Source: Eledone cirrhosa
Lineage: Eukaryota
Direction of reading: 5' to 3'
Assembly: GCA_964016885.1 (NCBI GenBank)
Contig: OZ024743.1
Location: 243,226,001 to 243,290,000 of the forward strand
DNA length: 64,000 bases
Shown: one piece after another, positions 58,151 to 64,000 of the stretch
Layout: each line of letters begins with the position of its first letter
Numbering within the stretch: the stretch's first letter is position 1
Program-made: the position numbers and the translations under genes
The notes under the pieces: model-generated
The model's input: the letters and a program-made list of their open reading frames with translations, nothing else
Told to the model about the DNA's origin: nothing
The model's database searches: none

Positions 58151-61100
58151 AGACACAGCTGTACCAACTAAAATGGTTTGGTATAATTGTAGTAGACACA
58201 GCTGTACCAACCAAAATGGTTTGGTATAATTGTAGTAGACACAGCTGTACGAACCAAAATGGTTTTGTATAATTGTAGTAGACACAGCTGTACCAACTAA
58301 AATGCTGTGGTATAATTGTAGTAGACACAGCTGTACCAACTAAAATGGGTTGGTATAATTTTAGTAGCCACAGCTGTACCAACCAAAATGGTTTGGTATA
58401 ATTGTAGTAGACACAGCTGTACCAACCAAAATGGTTTGGTATAATTGTAGTAGACACAGAACTGTACCAACCAAAATGGTTTGGTATAATTGTAGTAGCC
58501 ACAGCTGTACCAACCAAAATGGTTTGGTATAATTGTAGTAGACACAGCTGTACGAACCAAAATGGTTTTGTATAATTGTAGTAGACACAGCTGTACCAAC
58601 CAAAATGGTTTGGTATAATTTTAGTAGCCACAGCTGTACCAACTAAAATGCTTTGGTATAATTGTAGTAGACACAGCTGTACCAACCAAATTGGTTTGGT
58701 ATAATTGTAGTAGACACAGCTGTACCAACTAAAATGGTTTTGTATAATTGTAGTAGACATAGAACTGTACCAACCAAAATGGTTTGGTATAATTGTAGTA
58801 GCCACAGCCGTACCAACCAAAATGTTTTGGTATAATTGTAGTAGACACAGAACTGTACCAACCAAAATGGTTTGGTATAATTGTAGTAGACACAGCTGTA
58901 CGAACCAAAATGGTTTTGTATAATTGTAGTAGACACAGCTGTACCAACTAAAATGCTTTGGTATAATTGTAGTAGACACAGCTGTACCAACTAAAATGGT
59001 TTGGTATAATTTTAGTAGCCACAGCTGTACCAACCAAAATGGTTTGGTATAATTGTAGTAGACACAGCTGTACCAACCAAAATGGTTTGGTATAATTGTA
59101 GTAGACACAGAACTGTACCAACCAAAATGGTTTGGTATAATTGTAGTAGCCACAGCTGTACCAACCAAAATGGTTTGGTATAATTGTAGTAGACACAGCT
59201 GTACCAACCAAAATGGTTTGGTATAATTGTAGTAGACACAGCTGTACCAACCAAAATGGTTTGGTATAATTGTAGTAGACACAAGGCACTTTATCAACCA
59301 AAATGGTTTGGTATAATTGTAGTAGACACAGCTGTACCAACCAAAATGGTTTAGTAATATTGTAGTAGACACAGAACTGTACCAACCAAAATGATTTGGT
59401 ATAATTGTAGTAGACACAGCTGTACCAACCAAAATGGTTTGGTATAATTGTAGTAGACACAGCTGTACCAACCAAAATGGTTTGGTATAATTGTAGTAGA
59501 CACAGCTGTACCAACCAGAATGGTTTGGTATAATTGTAGTAGACACAGCTGTACCAACCAAAATGGTTTGGTATAATTGTAGTAAACACAGCTGTACCAC
59601 CCAAAATGGTTTGGTTTAATTGTAGTAGACACAGCTGTACCAACCAAAATGGTTTGGTATAATTGTAGTAGACACAGCTGTACCAACTAAAATGCTTTGG
59701 TATAATTGTAGTAGACCCAGCTGTACCAACTAAAATGGTTTGGTATAATTTTAGTAGCCACAGCTGTACCAACCAAAATGGTTTCGTATAATTGTAGTAG
59801 ACACAGCTGTACCAACCAAAATGGTTTGGTATAATTGTAGTAGACACAGCTGTACCAACCAAAATGGTTTGGTATAATTGTAGTAGACACAAGGCACTTT
59901 ATCAACCAAAATGGTTTGGTATAATTGTAGTAGACACAGCTGTACCAACCAAAATGGTTTAGTAATATTGTAGTAGACACAGAACTGTACCAACCAAAAT
60001 TATTTGGTATAATTGTAGTAGATACAGCTGTACCAACCAAAATGGTTTGGTATAATTGTAGTAGACACAGCTGTACCAACCAAAATGGTTTGGTATAATT
60101 GTAGTAGACACAGCTGTACCAACCAAAATGGTTTGGTATAATTGTAGTAGCCACAGCTGTACCAACCAAAATGGTTTGGTATAATTGTAGTAGACACAGC
60201 TGTACCAACCAAAATGGTTTGGTATAATTTTAGTAGCCACAGATGTACCAACCAAAATGGTTTGGTATAATTGTAGTAAACACAGCTGTACCACCGAAAA
60301 TGGTTTGGTTTAATTGTAGTAGACACAGCTGTACCAACCAAAATGGTTTGGTATAATTGTAGTAGACACAGCTGTACCAACCAAAATGGTTTGGTATAAT
60401 TGTAGTAGACACAGCTGTACAAACCAAAATGGTTTGGTATAATTGTAGTAGACACAGCTGTACCAACCAAAATGGTTTGGTATAATATTAGTAGCCACAG
60501 CTGTACCAACCAAAATGGTTTGGTATAATTTTAGTAGCCACAGATGTACCAACCAAATGGTTTGGTATAATTGTAGTAGCCACAGCTGTACCAACCAAAA
60601 TGGTTTGGTATAATTGTAGTAGACACAGCTGTACCAACCAAAATGGTTTGGTATAATTTTAGTAGCCACAGCTGTACCAACTAAAATGGTTTGGTATAAT
60701 TGTAGTAGACACAGAACTGTACCAACCAAAATGGTTTGGTATAATTGTAGTAGCCACAGCTGTACCAACAAAGATGGTTTGGTATAATTGTAGTGGACAC
60801 AGCTGTACCAACCAAAATGGTTTGGTATAATTGTAGTAGACACAGCTGTACCAACCAAAATGGTTTGGTATAATTGTAGTAGACACAGCTGTACCAACTA
60901 AAATGGTTTGGTATAATTGTAGTAGACACAGCTGTACCAACCAAAATGGTTTGGTATAATTGTAGTAGACACAGCTGCACGAACCAAAATGGTTTTGTAT
61001 AATTGTAGTAGACACAGCTGTACCAACTAAAATTCTTTGGTATAATTGTAGTAGACACAGCTGTACCAACTAAAATGGTTTGGTATAATTTTAGTAGCCA

Positions 61101-62330
61101 CAGCTGTACCAACCAAAATGGTTTGGTATAATTGTAGTAGCCACAGCTGTACCAACCAAAATGGTTTGGTATAATTGTAGTAGACACAGCTGTACCAACC
61201 AAAATGGTTTGGTATAATTGTAGTAGACACTGCTGTACCAACCAAAATGGTTTGGTATAATTGTAGTAGACACAAGGCACTTTATCAACCAAAATGGTTT
61301 GGTATAATTGTAGTAGACACAGCTGTACCAACCAAAATGGTTTAGTAATATTGTAGTAGACACAGAACTGTACCCAACAAAATGATTTGGTATAATTGTA
61401 GTAGACACAGCTGTACCAACCAAAATGGTTTGGTATAATTGTAGTAGACACAGCTGTACCAACCAAAATGGTTTAGTATAATTGTAGTAGACACAGCTGT
61501 ACCAACCAAAATGGTTTGGTATAATTGTAGTAGACACAGCTGTACCAACCAAAATGGTTTGGTATAATTGTAGTAAACACAGCTGTACCACCCAAAATGG
61601 TTTGGTTTAATTGTAGTAGACACAGCTGTACCAACCAAAATGCTTTGGTATAATTCTAGTAGACACAGCTGTACCAACCAAAATGCTTTGGTATAATTGT
61701 AGTAGACACAGCTGTACCAACTAAAATGCTTTGGTATAATTGTAGTAGACACAGCTGTACAAACTAAAATGGTTTGGTATAATTTTAGTAGCCACAGCTG
61801 TACCAACCAGAATGGTTTGGTATATTTGTAGTAGACACAGCTGTACCAACCAAAATGGTTTGGTATAATTGTAGTAAACACAGCTGTACCACCCAAAATG
61901 GTTTGGTTTAATTGTAGTAGACACAGCTGTACCAACCAAAATGGTTTGGTATAATTGTAGTAGACACAGCTGTACCAACCAAAATGGTTTGGTATAATTG
62001 TAGTAGCACAGCTGTACCAACCAAAATGGTTTGGTATAATTGTAGTAGACACAGCTGTACCAACCAAAATGGTTTGGTATAATATTAGTAGCCACAGCTG
62101 TACCAACTAAAATGCTTTGGTATAATTGTAGTAGACACAGCTGTACCAACCAAAATGGTTTGGTATAATTGTAGTAGACACAGCTGTACCAACCAAAATG
62201 GTTTGGTATAATTGTAGTAGACACAGCTGTACCAACCAAAATTGTTTGGTATAATTGTAGTAGACACAGCTGTACGAACCAAAATGGTTTGGTATAATTG
62301 TAGTAGACACAGCTGTACCAACCAAAATGG

Positions 62331-62760
62331 TTTAGTAATATTGTAGTATACACAGAACTGTACCAACCAAAATGGTTTGATATAATTGTAGTAGACACAG
62401 ATATAAACCAACCATAGTGGTATAGTAATATTGTAGTAGACACAGCTGTACCAACCAAAATGGTTTAGTAATATTGTAGTAGACACAGAACTGTACCAAC
62501 CAAAATGGTTTGGTATAATTGTAGTAGACACAGCTGTACCAACCAAAATGGTTTAGTAATATTGTAGTAGACACAGAACTGTACCAACCAAAATGGTTTG
62601 ATATAATTGTAGTAGACACAGAGATAAACCAACCATAGTGGTATAGTAATATTGTAGTAGACACAGACATAAACCAACCAAAATGGTATAGTAATATTGT
62701 AGTAGACACAAGGCACTGTATCAACCAAAATGGTTTAGTAATATTGTAGTAGACACAGAG
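62331..62760. repeat. Transition zone of alternating and chimeric 43-bp and 45-bp monomers
   Basis: Monomers combine a 43-type left arm with a 45-type right arm (62381-62410 TATAATTGTAGTAGACACAGATATAAACC) or the reverse (62421-62452 TATAGTAATATTGTAGTAGACACAGCTGTACC). Boundaries approximate. Confidence 0.9.
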
Positions 62761-64000
62761 ATAAACCAACTAAAGCGGTATAGTAATATTGTAGTAGACA
62801 CAGAGATAAACCAACCAAAGCGGTATAGTAATATTGTAGTAGACACAGCGATAAACCAACCAAAGTGGTATAGTAATATTGTAGTAGACACAAGGCACTG
62901 TATCAACCAAAGCGGTATAGTAATATTGTAGTAGACACAGAGATAAACCAACCAAAATGATTTAGTAATATTGTAGTAGACACAGAGATAAACCAACCAA
63001 AGCGGTATAGTAATATTGTAGTAGACACAGACATAAACCAACCAAAGTGGTATAGTAATATTGTAGTAGACACAGACATAAACCAACCAAAGTGGTATCG
63101 TAATATTGTAGTAGACACAGACATAAACCAACCAAAGTGGTATAGTAATATTGTAGTAGACACAGACATAAACCAACCAAAATGGTATAGTAATATTGTA
63201 GTAGACACAGACATAAACCAACCAAAGCGGTATAGTAATATTGTAGTAGACACAGACATAAACCAACCAAAGCGGTATAGTAATATTGTAGTAGACACAG
63301 ACATAAACTAACCAAAGCGGTATAGTAATATTGTAGTAGACACAGAGATAAACCAACCAAAGCGGTATAGTAATATTGTAGTAGACACAGACATAAACCA
63401 ACCAAAGCGGTATAGTAATATTGTAGTAGACACAGAGATAAACCAACCAAAATGGTATAGTAATATTGTAGTAGACACAGAGATAAACCAACCAAAGCGG
63501 TATAGTAATATTGTAGTAGACACAGACATAAACCAACCAAAGCGGTATAGTAATATTGTAGTAGACACAAGGCACTGTATCAACCAAAATGGTATAGTAA
63601 TATTGTAGTAGACACAGAGATAAACCAACCAAAGCGGTATAGTAATATTGTAGTAGACGCAGACATAAACCAACCAAAGCGGTATAGTAATATTGTAGTA
63701 GACACAGAGATAAACCAACCAAAGCGGTATAGTAATTTTGTAGTAGACACAGACATAAACCAACCAAAGCGGTATAGTAATATTGTAGTAGACACAGAGA
63801 TAAACCAACCAAAGCGGTATAGTAATATTGTAGTAGACACAGACATAAACCAACCTAAGCGGTATAGTAATATTGTAGTAGACACAGACATAAACCAACC
63901 AAAGCGGTATAGTAATATTGTAGTAGACACAGACATAAACCAACCAAAGTGGTATAGTAATATTGTAGTAGACACAGACATAAACCAACCAAAGCGGTAT
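62761..64000. repeat. Related satellite subfamily, 45-bp monomer (GCGGTATAGTAATATTGTAGTAGACACAGA(C/G)ATAAACCAACCAAA), about 27-28 copies; continues beyond the right edge
   Basis: 45-bp period seen directly (e.g. TATTG at 63781 and 63826). Shares the core TTGTAGTAGACACAG and CCAACCAAA with the 43-bp monomer. The ORF track changes to 15-aa periodicity here. Confidence 0.97.

Larger units (their letters stand above)
1..62330. repeat. Satellite DNA array, 43-bp monomer (consensus AATGGTTTGGTATAATTGTAGTAGACACAGCTGTACCAACCAA), about 1,440 head-to-tail copies; continues beyond the left edge
   Basis: Seen directly: the unit recurs every 43 bp throughout with point variants (GAC/GCC, TTGTAG/TTTTAG, ACCAAA/ACTAAA, ATGG/ATGC/ATGA) and occasional length variants. 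No non-repeat sequence or inverted segment seen. Copy number estimated as length/~43. Confidence 0.99.

Noticed and set aside
40-63988. Hundreds of minus-strand ORFs, up to 607 aa (57777..59600), as protein-coding genes
   Set aside because: They overlap in all three frames, translate the same satellite unit, mostly start at TTG/GTG within the repeat, have no unique domain, and are broken or frameshifted by common monomer variants.
1-64000. CRISPR array (hairpin-forming repeat with a variable segment)
   Set aside because: No unique spacers: the variable slot is 8-14 bp drawn from a few reused alleles. No leader or cas genes, and the array shows satellite-type higher-order duplications.
1-64000. 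Telomerase-type terminal repeat
   Set aside because: The unit is longer than the telomerase repeats I know, has little net G/C strand bias (9 G vs 7 C) and shows recombination-style multi-kb duplications. A subtelomeric location cannot be excluded.
1-64000. Transposon insertions, inversions or embedded RNA genes
   Set aside because: No stretch departs from the monomer by more than a few bases, and all monomers are in the same orientation.

Overview
The whole 64-kb window is one uninterrupted head-to-tail tandem satellite array in a single orientation, most consistent with eukaryotic heterochromatin; the organism cannot be determined from the sequence. From 1 to ~62,330 the monomer is 43 bp (consensus AATGGTTTGGTATAATTGTAGTAGACACAGCTGTACCAACCAA, 16/43 GC, roughly 1,440 copies) with recurrent 45- and 47-bp and rarer 41/42/44/49-bp length variants. 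After a chimeric transition (~62,330-62,760) the array switches to a related 45-bp monomer (GCGGTATAGTAATATTGTAGTAGACACAGA(C/G)ATAAACCAACCAAA) that runs off the right edge. Monomer variants form nested higher-order duplications (periods 733, 778, 816, 1,469, 1,689, ~2,650-2,780, 3,127/3,171, 3,695, 3,822/3,865 and 5,612 bp), read from shared private variants and identical ORF-track offsets. I find no credible protein-coding gene, RNA gene, transposon or CRISPR array. The hundreds of minus-strand ORFs arise because both consensus monomers lack stop codons on that strand. The interesting content is the array architecture and its history, not a gene system.
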